A stretch of 64,000 nucleotides of DNA, taken from the NCBI GenBank assembly GCA_965248695.1, contig CBDFKD010000002.1:5697899-5761898 (forward strand). Reading direction: 5' to 3'. Below the pieces are notes generated by a model, which was given only the letters and a program-made list of their open reading frames with translations, was not told where the DNA came from and ran no database searches. Within the stretch, counting starts at the first letter, position 1, and every line of letters begins with the position of its first letter. The position numbers were made by a program, and so were the translations under genes. Shown here one piece after another: positions 11,105 through 20,209 of the stretch. Origin of the DNA: Acidobacteriota bacterium (GTDB lineage: Bacteria > Acidobacteriota > UBA890 > WLXD01).

Positions 11105-11387
11105 CTTCGTCAGCCGAGTCTCGCGAGCCACCTAGCGACCTTTCATCCCGCTCGTGCGCAATGCCGGCACAGACGCCAGTCATATGTCTGCTTAGCGGCT
11201 CCAGGAGCGCCGCTAACGAAAGGCTGACCTCAGAAGAAGACAGGAAGCGGTTTCTGCACGTGAGGAACGGCTGGCAGCCCATGAAAGGCGCGTCGAGGCG
11301 ACGATCATCGACGGTCGTTCGCTATCAGGTGGGCGAGTAGCCACAAGCCGCATCGGTCCCGGTCCGGCCGTCGTCCAGGTGCCACTG

Positions 11388-12374
11388 TCAGGGCATCTGC
11401 TCCGCAGCGGCACGCGCTATGTCTTCATGGGTGGCAAACCAGACGCCGGAGAACGACCTCATGTAGCGCACCAGATCCTCGAGCACGCCGATACGCGAGC
11501 GCCTGCCGATGATGTGCGGGTGGTTGGTGAGCAGAAAGAGCGTCCCTTCCTGGTAGGCGCGATCGAACTCCAGTTTCCAGATTTCCAGCACCTCGTCCGG
11601 GGTGATGAACGTGCGTAGCGATCCTGCGCCGCTCTGCGAAAAGTACGGCCAGTCGTCGAGGATCCAGGTCACCGGGAGCTCGACGAACGGCACCGGATCG
11701 CCCTGGTGGAGCACCTGGTGCGGTCGGTCGTCCATCATCAGGCTGCTGTCGTAGAACATGCCGTACTCGGCGATCAGCTTCGGTGTGTACGAGCTGTAGT
11801 CCCACGACGGTGTACGAACGCCGACGATCTTCTTGGAGATCAGCTCCTCGAGCGTTCGTATCGCCCGCCCCATCAATTCCCGCTCCTCAGCCTCGGACAG
11901 CTCGGAGCTGGCTTCGTGGATCCAGCCGTGCAGTCCGATCTCGTGTCCAGCGTCGGCAATGCGGCGAACCGTCTCGGCGTTGAGGCGGGCGCTCACAGCC
12001 GGCACGAAGAAACTAGCGGGGATCTCGTAGCTGTCCAGCAGATCGAGAATCCGCGGTAAGCCAGCCCGACTGCCGTACGCACCCTCGGCCATCAGTGCCG
12101 GCGACGTTTGCCCGCCGCTCAGAAACATCGTCTCGTTGTCGATGTCGAAGCTCAGCGCCACGGCAACCCGGTTACCACCCGGCCAGGACTCCGGAGTGAG
12201 GTCTCTGCCCGCCGTCACTTGGTTGACGACCTGCTCGATCCTCTCCCACGACCACTGCCATGAGGGGGGCTCGGAATCCTGTTCCTGGGAGCTCTGCCCA
12301 TGAGAGTTCGCCGTAAGAACCCCGATGCCCAACAAGGCTAGGACAACGATCAGGAAACGGTTTTTGAGACGCAT
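11388..12374 (-). CDS. Secreted polysaccharide deacetylase (CE4, PgdA/PuuE-like)
   Basis: LSFDID, HEIGLHGWIHE, GVRTPSW, YDSS, LDDWPYF, TNHPHIIGR; N-terminal signal. Confidence 0.88.
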   Translation of the reverse strand: MRLKNRFLIVVLALLGIGVLTANSHGQSSQEQDSEPPSWQWSWERIEQVVNQVTAGRDLTPESWPGGNRVAVALSFDIDNETMFLSGGQTSPALMAEGAYGSRAGLPRILDLLDSYEIPASFFVPAVSARLNAETVRRIADAGHEIGLHGWIHEASSELSEAEERELMGRAIRTLEELISKKIVGVRTPSWDYSSYTPKLIAEYGMFYDSSLMMDDRPHQVLHQGDPVPFVELPVTWILDDWPYFSQSGAGSLRTFITPDEVLEIWKLEFDRAYQEGTLFLLTNHPHIIGRRSRIGVLEDLVRYMRSFSGVWFATHEDIARAAAEQMP

Positions 12375-12479
12375 CGGCGTTACCTCCCGTTTGTTGCGTG
12401 ATCGGCGTCATCCCGCCGGCTGTTCGACACGCGAAGCCGATTCAACGGCGGCGAACGAATTAGATCACATGCCTTCGAA

Positions 12480-12577
12480 CTCACTCCTGACGGACGCGAG
12501 TTCGTCATGGTCGAACGGAGAGCCGCCTCGGTAGAAGAGCTGAATGTAGTGCTCAACTGGTTCGACGGACCCGTAGC
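12480..12577 (+). pseudogene. Second orphan kinase-propeller 3' tail
   Basis: TPDGREFVMVE...ELNVVLNWFD; matches the 11057 copy on both sides of a 23-bp deletion. Confidence 0.7.
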
Positions 12578-12607
12578 GCCTCAGCCGCGCCTGAAGGCCG
12601 AATCGGC

Positions 12608-12629
12608 TGATACCGATTTGATACCGATT
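12608..12629. repeat. Tandem 11-bp repeat TGATACCGATT x2, possible integrase arm-type sites at an island end
   Basis: Direct repeat about 80 bp from the permease stop codon, with a partial inverted copy AATCGG at 12601. Confidence 0.45.
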
Positions 12630-12706
12630 TGGGTGGTTTCAGGGGGTGTTTTCGAGGTTGGAGCCCACGAAAACAGGCCGGTTTTGCTGGGGCGTGTTAT
12701 CCCACA

Positions 12707-13480
12707 TCACACTACGATCCGACGGCGTAGGTTCAGCACGCTCAGCACCACCCCGAAGACGGCTGCGATCACCAACCAGAGGATCTCGAGCGCCCATCCA
12801 GCCGGCACCTGGCCGGCGCTCAGGGGGCGGATCAGGTGGACCGCGTGGGTGAGCGGATTGAGCTGCGCCGCGGCACGCAGCAACGGCGCCATGCCGTCAA
12901 GCGGAAAGAACACGCCGGACAGGAAGAACGACGGCATGATGAACAGCGCGTAGTAGTGATTGAGCGCGTCGAGCGCCCGCACACGCGATGCGACGCTCAG
13001 CGAGACGCCGCCGAAGAACAGCCCCTGAAGCAGCACAATGCCCACCGTCGCGACCATCCACAGACCCGGTCGCAACAGGCCGAACGCCAAGCCCACGAGC
13101 ATGGTCGCAACCGCCGCGATAATCCCCTTGGTCGACGCCCAGAGAACCTCGCCCGCCGCCAGGTCGGCGACCGACAGCGGCGTCGCCAGGATCGCGTCGA
13201 ACGTCCCCTGCACCTTCATGCGAAGGAACGAGCCGTAGCTGGTCTCGAAACAGGCCGACGACATCGCCGCCCCGGCGACCACACCGACCACGACGAAGGT
13301 GATGTATGGCACGCCACCGATCGGCGGCATGTAGGAGCCCAGACCGAAACCGACGACGGCCACGTAAAACAAGGGATCAGCCAGGTGGCCGAGGAGATTC
13401 CCCACCCACACCCGCCGGTAGGTGGTTGCGTTTCGCTGCCACACGCGCCAGGCGCGCCAGGTTGGACGGGCGTCGTTCAT
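12707..13480 (-). CDS. ABC-2 type permease (NodJ-like)
   Basis: VWQRN..., GTFDAILATPL...GEVLWA, FFLSGVFFPL, NPLTHAV; multiple TM segments. Confidence 0.88.
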   Translation of the reverse strand: MNDARPTWRAWRVWQRNATTYRRVWVGNLLGHLADPLFYVAVVGFGLGSYMPPIGGVPYITFVVVGVVAGAAMSSACFETSYGSFLRMKVQGTFDAILATPLSVADLAAGEVLWASTKGIIAAVATMLVGLAFGLLRPGLWMVATVGIVLLQGLFFGGVSLSVASRVRALDALNHYYALFIMPSFFLSGVFFPLDGMAPLLRAAAQLNPLTHAVHLIRPLSAGQVPAGWALEILWLVIAAVFGVVLSVLNLRRRIVV

Positions 13481-14397
13481 TCCAGCATCTCGCGTCCCGT
13501 AAGTCGCAAGAACAGATCTTCCAACGTCGCGCTGCGCTGCAGCAGCCGGTCGTTGGGAATGGCATGCAGCGCCGCCCAATCGATCTCGCCTCGGGGGTAC
13601 ATGTAGACCGTGTCACCGACCTGTTCTCGATGACCCTCGCCCACCGCTTCGAGGCGCGCATCGAGCTGGCCGCGCTCGGCCGGCAAGGCGCGAATCTCGA
13701 TGCACTGCTCACCGATATGCTCGCGCACCAGCTGTCCTGGCTCGCCCACAGCCAGAAGGTTGCCGGCGTCCATTACCGCGATGCGATCGCACAGCTGCGC
13801 CGCCTCTTCCATGTAGTGCGTCGTAAGAAGCATCGTCACCCCGGCGGCTTTCAGGCTCCGCAGCCGGCTCCATACCCAATGGCGTGCTTGCGGATCGAGT
13901 CCCGTGGTCGGCTCATCGAGCACCAACAGCTCGGGCGAGTTGACCATTGCCCGAGCCAGCACGAGCCGCCGCCGCATGCCTCCAGAGAGCGTCGGGATCA
14001 GCGTCTTGGCGCGATCACGGAGCTGCACGAACTCGAGCAGCTCATCGATCCGACGCGACGCCTCACGCCGAGGTATGTCGAAATAGCGCGCGTACACCAT
14101 GAGGTTGTCCCGCACGGTCACGTCGGGGTCCAGACTGTCGTCCTGAGGTACGACCCCGAGCCGGGCCTTGATCGCTCGCGCGTTGACACGCACGTCATGC
14201 CCGAGGACGGTCAATTCCCCCGATGACGGCGGCGACACACACTGCACCATCCGCACGGTGGTGGTCTTGCCGGCGCCGTTGACTCCGAGGAAACCGAAGC
14301 ACTCGGCACGACGAACCACAAAGTCGATGCCGGCCACGGCTTCGACGTCGGCGAAACGCTTCACCAGTTGTTGCGCGGCGATGGCGTCGGCGCTCAT
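13477..14397 (-). CDS. ABC transporter ATP-binding protein (NodI-like)
   Basis: Walker A GVNGAGKTT, LSGGMRRR, LDEPTTGLDPQAR, TTHYMEEA. Confidence 0.92.
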   Translation of the reverse strand: MSADAIAAQQLVKRFADVEAVAGIDFVVRRAECFGFLGVNGAGKTTTVRMVQCVSPPSSGELTVLGHDVRVNARAIKARLGVVPQDDSLDPDVTVRDNLMVYARYFDIPRREASRRIDELLEFVQLRDRAKTLIPTLSGGMRRRLVLARAMVNSPELLVLDEPTTGLDPQARHWVWSRLRSLKAAGVTMLLTTHYMEEAAQLCDRIAVMDAGNLLAVGEPGQLVREHIGEQCIEIRALPAERGQLDARLEAVGEGHREQVGDTVYMYPRGEIDWAALHAIPNDRLLQRSATLEDLFLRLTGREMLE

Positions 14398-14476
14398 GTC
14401 TTCCCACCCGAAGCGCTTGATCTGATCGACTGCCGACGCGTGCGACAATACCGTGCCGATCGCGAGAGGAATTCGC

Positions 14477-15271
14477 ATGAAACCATACCTCGACCTGATG
14501 CGTACCGTCCTGGAATCGGGGGTGCCCACCGGCGACCGTACCGGCACCGGCACGCGCAGCATCTTCGGTCACCAGATGCGCTTCGACCTGCGCGCGGGCT
14601 TCCCGCTGATCACGACGAAGAAGGTGCATTTGAAGTCGATCGTCCACGAGCTGCTCTGGTTCCTGCAGGGCGAGTCCAACACCCGGTATCTGAGGGAGCA
14701 CGGCGTCTCCATCTGGGATGAGTGGGCCGACGCGGAGGGCGAGTTGGGGCCTGTTTACGGCGTGCAATGGCGCTCCTGGCCGACGGCCAGCGGCACGAGC
14801 GTCGACCAGGTTGCCTGGGTGGTGAACGAGATTCGAACCAACCCCACCTCGCGCCGGCTGGTGGTGTCGGCATGGAACGCAGGCGAGATTGACCGCATGG
14901 CCCTGCCACCGTGCCACCTGCTGTGTCAGTTCTACGCGCGCGAGGGGACGCTGTCTTGCCAGCTGTATCAGCGCAGTGCCGACATCTTTCTGGGGCTGCC
15001 GTTCAACATCGCTTCGTACGCTTTGCTGACGCAGATGGTGGCGCAAGTCACCGGTCTCGGTGTCGGCGATCTGGTCATCACGCTGGGGGACGCGCACCTG
15101 TATGCGAACCACCTGGAACAGGCGCGCGAGCAAATGGGCCGCGCTCCGCGACCCTTGCCGACCTTGCGACTGGCGACCCACGTCGACGACATCGACGACT
15201 TCCGGTTCGAGGACTTCGAGCTCGCCGGCTACGATCCGCATCCGCATATCAAGGCACCGGTAGCGGTGTGA
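14477..15271 (+). CDS. thyA: Thymidylate synthase
   Basis: [43 protein letters not shown]. Confidence 0.98.
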   Translation: MKPYLDLMRTVLESGVPTGDRTGTGTRSIFGHQMRFDLRAGFPLITTKKVHLKSIVHELLWFLQGESNTRYLREHGVSIWDEWADAEGELGPVYGVQWRSWPTASGTSVDQVAWVVNEIRTNPTSRRLVVSAWNAGEIDRMALPPCHLLCQFYAREGTLSCQLYQRSADIFLGLPFNIASYALLTQMVAQVTGLGVGDLVITLGDAHLYANHLEQAREQMGRAPRPLPTLRLATHVDDIDDFRFEDFELAGYDPHPHIKAPVAV

Positions 15272-15795
15272 TCACGGAGGAAGATGCGGCGAGGCCCCTC
15301 GGCCGCTGCCGACTCAGCCTGATCGTCGCCGTGGCCGAGAACGGCACTATCGGGCGCGACGGCGCTCTCCCCTGGCACCTGCCAGACGATCTTAGGCGAT
15401 TCAAGGCGGTCACCCTCGGACACCCGATCATCATGGGTCGGCGGACATACGATTCGATCGGCCGGCCGCTGCCGGGCCGGCGAAGCATCGTGCTCAGCCG
15501 CGACCCCGACTATCGGGTCGACGGCGTTGAGGTCGCCGGATCGCTCGACGCGGCGTTGCGGGCCGCGGCGGATCAGGATGAGGTCTTCGTCATCGGCGGC
15601 GCCGCGCTCTTCGACGCAGCACTACCGATCGCCGATCGGATCTATCTGACTCGGGTGCACGCCACCGTCGAAGGAGACGTTGGGTTTCCACAGCTCGATG
15701 CAAAGCGCTGGCGGCTGATCTCCGATGAGCCTCACGCTGCGGATGCGGAGCACCGTTTCGCCTTCAGCTTCCGCATTTACGAGTTAGTGGCGTAA
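15268..15795 (+). CDS. folA: Dihydrofolate reductase (last codons supplied by the integrated element)
   Basis: [41 protein letters not shown]; GTG start overlaps the thyA stop. Confidence 0.96.
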   Translation: MITEEDAARPLGRCRLSLIVAVAENGTIGRDGALPWHLPDDLRRFKAVTLGHPIIMGRRTYDSIGRPLPGRRSIVLSRDPDYRVDGVEVAGSLDAALRAAADQDEVFVIGGAALFDAALPIADRIYLTRVHATVEGDVGFPQLDAKRWRLISDEPHAADAEHRFAFSFRIYELVA

Positions 15796-15808
15796 GTGAT
15801 TGACTCAA

Positions 15809-17056
15809 TTAGACTTGCTCATTCATCGTCTTGGACTGGGTGCGCGGGGGGTGCGCGTTCCGCCTCAGAGGGTGCATTACCAGGGTCGTCGCCTGACCCT
15901 CGATCACGTGCGAATACGTCTCCAGTATCTCGGTGGTGGAGTGCCCCATTCGCCTTGCTACTTCTTGCGGGTGCGCCGTCTTGAGCGCGTGGGTTGCCCA
16001 CGCGTGACGGAATCCGTGGAGCCCAAAGTCGGGCACGCCTGCCTTGCGCACGAGCCGCTTCCAGACCGTATTGCGATAGCTGCTAGCTCCGACCGGGCCG
16101 CCGTGGCGATGCCTAAACACCCACTTTGACGGCGCCCTCCCACAACTAACCGCGTCACGGTCCTGCTTGGTGCGATGGTGGCGCAGCCGGACCGCGAGAT
16201 CCGGGGAGATCGGTAGCTTTTGGTAGTTACGGTTCTTGGTATGGCCGCGCACCTCGGAGCGCACGAACTGCCGCTCGATCAGAACGTGGTTGTCCTCGAA
16301 GTCCAGGTCGGCCCACTGTAGCCCGCACGTCTGGGAGATCCTGCACCCGGTCTCCATCAGGAACTCGAGCAGGCACCTGTCGCGGGTTCCCAGGTAATCG
16401 GCGGCCCTATCAATCCGCTCCAGTTGCCCGCGTGTCCACGCCTTGGGCGGCTTCTTGATCTTGCGGACCTTGGGGAGTTGCTTGCGGGTGACCGGACTCG
16501 ACTCAATCAGTTCATCCTCGGCCGCGGACGCCATGAGCGCCGACAGCACGCGGAAGACATTGCGGACCGTCTTTTGGCCCAGCGGCCTGCCGTAACCCTC
16601 GCCACGCTTGCCCTTGTCTCCACGCTTGCCGTACTTCGCCACGCCGGCGATCCACAACTTGACCGCTCGCTTGGAAATCTCGGTAATGGGCCTGTGTCCT
16701 AGCGCCGGCAAGATGTGACAGTCGAGCGTCGATCTGTAGATGGCTATTGTCGTCGGCGCCCAACCGTCGTCAGTGGAGTTGACCGCCTCCCACTCTTTGG
16801 CGTACTCGCCAACGGTCACGACCTTGGCAGGCAGGACGCTGTCGGCCGCCTGGCGCAGCGCCTCCCTGACGCTCCCGCCGTAGCCTGCAGCATCGGCCCT
16901 CGCCATCAACCGCGAAAACTCAACCGCCGCTGCCTCCGCCTCGGCCTTGCTGATGAAGCTGTACGAGGCTCGGTGCCCTTTGCGGTTGATGAACACCCAC
17001 CACTTGTCTGAGCCTTTCTTACGCCTGACCCGCACCCCCACGTTGGCCCCCTTCAC
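15809..17056 (-). CDS. Tyrosine recombinase / phage integrase
   Basis: N-terminal arm-binding region; TGCRISQ, HTKN, HGFRH, MGH and Tyr (ETYSH) catalytic set. Confidence 0.93.
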   Translation of the reverse strand: MKGANVGVRVRRKKGSDKWWVFINRKGHRASYSFISKAEAEAAAVEFSRLMARADAAGYGGSVREALRQAADSVLPAKVVTVGEYAKEWEAVNSTDDGWAPTTIAIYRSTLDCHILPALGHRPITEISKRAVKLWIAGVAKYGKRGDKGKRGEGYGRPLGQKTVRNVFRVLSALMASAAEDELIESSPVTRKQLPKVRKIKKPPKAWTRGQLERIDRAADYLGTRDRCLLEFLMETGCRISQTCGLQWADLDFEDNHVLIERQFVRSEVRGHTKNRNYQKLPISPDLAVRLRHHRTKQDRDAVSCGRAPSKWVFRHRHGGPVGASSYRNTVWKRLVRKAGVPDFGLHGFRHAWATHALKTAHPQEVARRMGHSTTEILETYSHVIEGQATTLVMHPLRRNAHPPRTQSKTMNEQV

Positions 17057-17313
17057 GACGCGTCTCTCATCAGGCGTTCAAGCACGAGAGCCCTACCGTC
17101 GATTCGCTCGACGTTGTTGTAGGGCTCCAGCCACGCCTGAAAGTCGCCCCATCGTATACGGACTTCTCGGGTACCTGGGATGCGTTTTGCGGGCAGCGGA
17201 TTGATCTCACGATTAATCCACCTCGTGACACTGTTGGGGCTGACGTTGGCGCGGTCGCACAGCTGCTTCTTCCGCAGCATCGTGTCCGGGTGCAGCGGCG
17301 CCGGCTCGGTCAC
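17053..17313 (-). CDS. Excisionase-like HTH protein
   Basis: 86 aa, LCDRANVSPNSVTRWI...LPAKRI...VRIRWGDFQAWLE, coupled to the integrase. Confidence 0.78.
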   Translation of the reverse strand: MTEPAPLHPDTMLRKKQLCDRANVSPNSVTRWINREINPLPAKRIPGTREVRIRWGDFQAWLEPYNNVERIDGRALVLERLMRDAS

Positions 17314-17483
17314 TTGGCCCGCCTCAATGCGTTGCGCGACGCTACGACCCTGAAGCCGTCCTCGAACTCAACGAGCGCGCTGTTCATCTTCCCGCGGGCC
17401 AGGACACGACAGCGCTGGCCATTCCGGTCTACCGGGCGCCACCAGCTCGGCAGCCAGTACCAGATGTACGGGTAGTCCCTCAC
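17310..17483 (-). CDS. Small phage-type hypothetical protein (57 aa, not in ORF track)
   Basis: MRDYPYIWYW...RNGQRCRVLARGKMNSALVEFEDGFRVVASRNALRRAK; stop overlaps the xis start (GTGA). Confidence 0.65.
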   Translation of the reverse strand: MRDYPYIWYWLPSWWRPVDRNGQRCRVLARGKMNSALVEFEDGFRVVASRNALRRAK

Positions 17484-17708
17484 TTGGCGGCACTCCGGAC
17501 ATCTTCAATAGAGAGCGCCCCGTCGAAGAAGACGGAGAGAGCTCCAGCCACCGCATCCGTGTTGAGTGGATCAACGTCTCCTAGCCATCCGCGGCGATGT
17601 CTCCAGCCACACCCCGTCCAGGTGGGCTATCTGGGTGCTGGGCGTGGGACCAGCCGGCGACTCTCTTGCGTTCGCGGGGTGCCAGGGCCTTCTACTCGGA
17701 CTGTTGCC

Positions 17709-18158
17709 CTACGGCTCGTGCTTCGAGTGCGGGGCCTGCATTCGAACCCATCGCCGATACTGACTGGGCAGCATCCCGGTTTCGGCTTGGAACGCGTTGA
17801 GAAATGAGCGGTACGAATGTCGGCGATAGCCCGCCTCCGACGCGATCTCCTTCATCAGCTGCTGGGGCCGTGACTCCATCAGTTCGCGCGCTTTGTCGAT
17901 CCGCAAACGGCGGATGTCCTTGCCGATCGTTGTCCTGTAGGCGGCACGATAGTGGCGGCATAGTAGACTTCGGGAGATTCGGAGCTGCGCTGCGATGGTC
18001 CCGACCCCGCATCCATCTGCTGCTGCGAAGTGTCGTTTGATCTGCGCCTGTGCCAGCTCTGCGACGCCAATCTTGGCGGCGTCAGGCGCTTTCCTAGATG
18101 GCAGCGTCAGGTCGTGGCGCCTTTTCGTGCCGGGTATCGCCGCGTCTGATTCTACCAT
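17709..18158 (-). CDS. AraC-family HTH regulator lacking a sensor domain
   Basis: IAAQLRISRSLL...IRRLRIDKARELM...EIASEAGY...FLNAFQAETGMLPSQYR. Confidence 0.82.
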   Translation of the reverse strand: MVESDAAIPGTKRRHDLTLPSRKAPDAAKIGVAELAQAQIKRHFAAADGCGVGTIAAQLRISRSLLCRHYRAAYRTTIGKDIRRLRIDKARELMESRPQQLMKEIASEAGYRRHSYRSFLNAFQAETGMLPSQYRRWVRMQAPHSKHEP

Positions 18159-18162
18159 TGCC

Positions 18163-18486
18163 TCAGCCGCTGCCGGGCCAGCCCATCGTCTCGCAGAAGC
18201 CCGGCTTTGATTGCACGGTGAGCACCACCAGAACGCTGCACTCGCCGTTGTGCCAGTAATAGCCGCAGACGACGATCGGATCGCCATCGGCGGCCACTAT
18301 TTCGAAAACTTCCCGCATCCCGATCGCGCCAGGCACCAGATGCTCATGATCCCCGCAGTGATTCGTGAGGCAGTGAGTGACACGAACGTTGGATTCGCTG
18401 GTGCCGGCTTGAACGAACCCCTCAACACAGGCGAGCGCGCTCTCGGCGGTTCGCCGTGGGATTGGTACGTCATCGGGGTGGAGCAT
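18163..18486 (-). CDS. Unrecognised small protein, paralog A
   Basis: Aligns end to end with the protein starting at 19717; the minus-strand translation is the better conserved one. Confidence 0.72.
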   Translation of the reverse strand: MLHPDDVPIPRRTAESALACVEGFVQAGTSESNVRVTHCLTNHCGDHEHLVPGAIGMREVFEIVAADGDPIVVCGYYWHNGECSVLVVLTVQSKPGFCETMGWPGSG

Positions 18487-18802
18487 GCTGGCCTCTCACA
18501 CTCTTGAGCTTTCCAGGCCTTCGGCTTCGGTGCGGGCGGCCTAGCGCCTTCGCGATGAGACGGGCGAGCTCGCCGTCCCGATCCGCCTCGAGGGCCTGCC
18601 GGAACGCACGTCGTGCGCCATACCGATAGCCTGCCGCCGCCGCCGGTACAGCAACGACGATGGCAGTGAGCAAGCTGACGGTCACCATGACCAGGCCGAT
18701 CGTCTGGGGCCGGTTACCCGGCGTGTGAACGACCAGGGCCAAGGCCCCGACCGTGAAGATGTACAACCCCGCCGCTGCGACGGCCCAACGCTGCTTTCGC
18801 AC
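18470..18802 (-). CDS. Small 2-TM membrane protein
   Basis: Two hydrophobic segments and a basic tail; co-oriented with neighbours. Confidence 0.55.
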   Translation of the reverse strand: MRKQRWAVAAAGLYIFTVGALALVVHTPGNRPQTIGLVMVTVSLLTAIVVAVPAAAAGYRYGARRAFRQALEADRDGELARLIAKALGRPHRSRRPGKLKSVRGQHAPPR

Positions 18803-18840
18803 TCCGGTTCCCTCTTGCCAGCTCAGGCGTATCCCATGGC

Positions 18841-19311
18841 TCAGAGATCGACTTCTTTAAGCGCCTCGCGAGTGTCGGTCAACATGTCTAACAAAGTTGC
18901 AGATTCGGCTGCTCCAAGGACCTGCCGAATCTCCTGCTGAGCTCCTCTCCAATGCGCATGCGCTGCAGCGGCAACGGCGCTGCCTTTTTCGGTCAGTGAC
19001 ACGATCCTCTGCCGGCGGTCAGCGCCGGGCTCGATGACCAGCCAACCGCGCTCTACGAGCGGCCGCAGGATGCGGCCAAGGCTTGTGCGTTCGAGATCCA
19101 ACTGCGCAGCCAACGCACCAATAGCCATTGGTCCTAGGTACTGCACCATCGTCAACACCGGAAGCTGGGTCGAGTTCAATCCGACGGAACGCAATCGACG
19201 GTCATAGTGCCGCGTGACGCGGCGTGTGAGCTTGCGCAGCTGAAGGCAGATGCATGTGAGGGCACGTTCTTCGGCACCCACAGCAGCTGGCACGCTTGTG
19301 TCGTTCTGCAT
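18841..19311 (-). CDS. MarR-family regulator (CxC subtype)
   Basis: CICLQLRKLTRRVTRHYD, LERTSLGRILRPL, DRRQRIVSLTEKG. Confidence 0.9.
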   Translation of the reverse strand: MQNDTSVPAAVGAEERALTCICLQLRKLTRRVTRHYDRRLRSVGLNSTQLPVLTMVQYLGPMAIGALAAQLDLERTSLGRILRPLVERGWLVIEPGADRRQRIVSLTEKGSAVAAAAHAHWRGAQQEIRQVLGAAESATLLDMLTDTREALKEVDL

Positions 19312-19717
19312 GAAAAAGAGTGTATATACCCCTATTGAGCTGTGCAACCTCGTGTCTCTGCTGCCGCAACACTGAGCCGCTCTTACCCTCCCGCGGCTCC
19401 ACGCCGGCCCAGCCCATCATTTCGATGAAACCCCGCTTGGATTGGACCGTGAGAACAACCAGCACCGTGCACGCGCCGTTGTCCCAGTAGTAGCCGCACA
19501 CGACTACAACGATGTTGTCGTCGACCGACTTGTCGAGGCCTTCTCGGACCCCAAGCGCGCCGGGCACCAAACCCCGCAGATTCCCCTCGAGCTCCGCTAC
19601 GGCGTGGGTGACGCAATCGTTGTGGATGCTCTCATAGCGCTGACTGACGCCCTCGACACATGCCAACTGGCTTGCATCGGTACGCGGCGGAATCGGAGAG
19701 GGTTTGGAATCCGACAT
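19202..19717 (-). CDS. Unrecognised small protein, paralog B (3' end runs into the marR 5' region)
   Basis: PIPPRTDASQLACVEG...VVCGYYWDNGACTVLVVLTVQSKRGFIEMMGW matches paralog A; sequence after about 19390 is non-homologous read-through. Confidence 0.65.
   Translation of the reverse strand: MSDSKPSPIPPRTDASQLACVEGVSQRYESIHNDCVTHAVAELEGNLRGLVPGALGVREGLDKSVDDNIVVVVCGYYWDNGACTVLVVLTVQSKRGFIEMMGWAGVEPREGKSGSVLRQQRHEVAQLNRGIYTLFHAERHKRASCCGCRRTCPHMHLPSAAQAHTPRHAAL
19320..19330. promoter_or_regulatory. Palindrome GTATATAC, candidate MarR autoregulatory operator
   Basis: Perfect 8-bp palindrome at 19322-19329 in an AT-rich patch about 10 bp upstream of the marR ATG. Confidence 0.5.
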
Positions 19718-19845
19718 CACCTGCTCAGAGAGCGCCGCGCCGAGGTCGCTCAAATCATCCTGGTGGCCCGAAAGCTGAGTCGATCCCCTAAGCGCTTCGG
19801 CCCAGGGAGACGAACAGCAGGTCCTAGCCGACCGCGGTACGGCCG

Positions 19846-20209
19846 TCATGCGACCCGTCCCAGGCCGAGCAACTCCTCGAGCCGCCACACCACTTCGTCC
19901 CGGCTGATCTCCGGATGGTTCAGGTAGGTCGCCGCGTAGTAGCCGGCCACGTAGGGCTTGAACCACTCGGCGTGCTCGAAGATGTACGGCCGCTCCATGA
20001 CCACGCGGCCCTGAACGTTGAGGTGGCAGCGCTGGCAGAGCGCGACAAGGTTCCACCAGGAGCAGTTGGCCTTGTCCATGTCTAGGTGGTGGACGGTCAG
20101 CGTGTAACCGGACTCCACGTCGTGCGGGTGATCGCAGCGGGCAGCACCATCCGGAAGCGTTCTTCACGGCTGCGGCGATCTGGTGCCAGTCGTGCGGGTA
20201 GTCGTTCAC
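19846..20209 (-). pseudogene. Phage HNH endonuclease, frameshifted near 20140
   Basis: YPHDWHQIAAAVK..SGWCC in one frame; RCDHPH...LTVHHLD.DKANC...NLVALCQRCH in another. Confidence 0.8.

Noticed and set aside
11189-11281. Hairpins and a palindromic-element-like stretch downstream of the deacetylase
   Set aside because: Single weak copy with no match to the MITE ends; cannot be supported as a feature.
12707-14397. Nodulation function for the nodIJ-like genes
   Set aside because: No nodABC genes nearby; this ABC-2 subfamily is widespread outside rhizobia.
14477-15795. Mobile trimethoprim-resistance dfr cassette
   Set aside because: Standard coupled chromosomal thyA-folA pair; the element inserted into folA rather than carrying it.
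18155-18166. UGA read-through fusing paralog A to the AraC HTH
   Set aside because: The AraC ATG is offset by one base from the paralog A frame.
19202-20209. 335-aa ORF as a single protein
   Set aside because: It is a chimera of the HNH N-terminus, out-of-frame HNH sequence and paralog B, created by the HNH frameshift.
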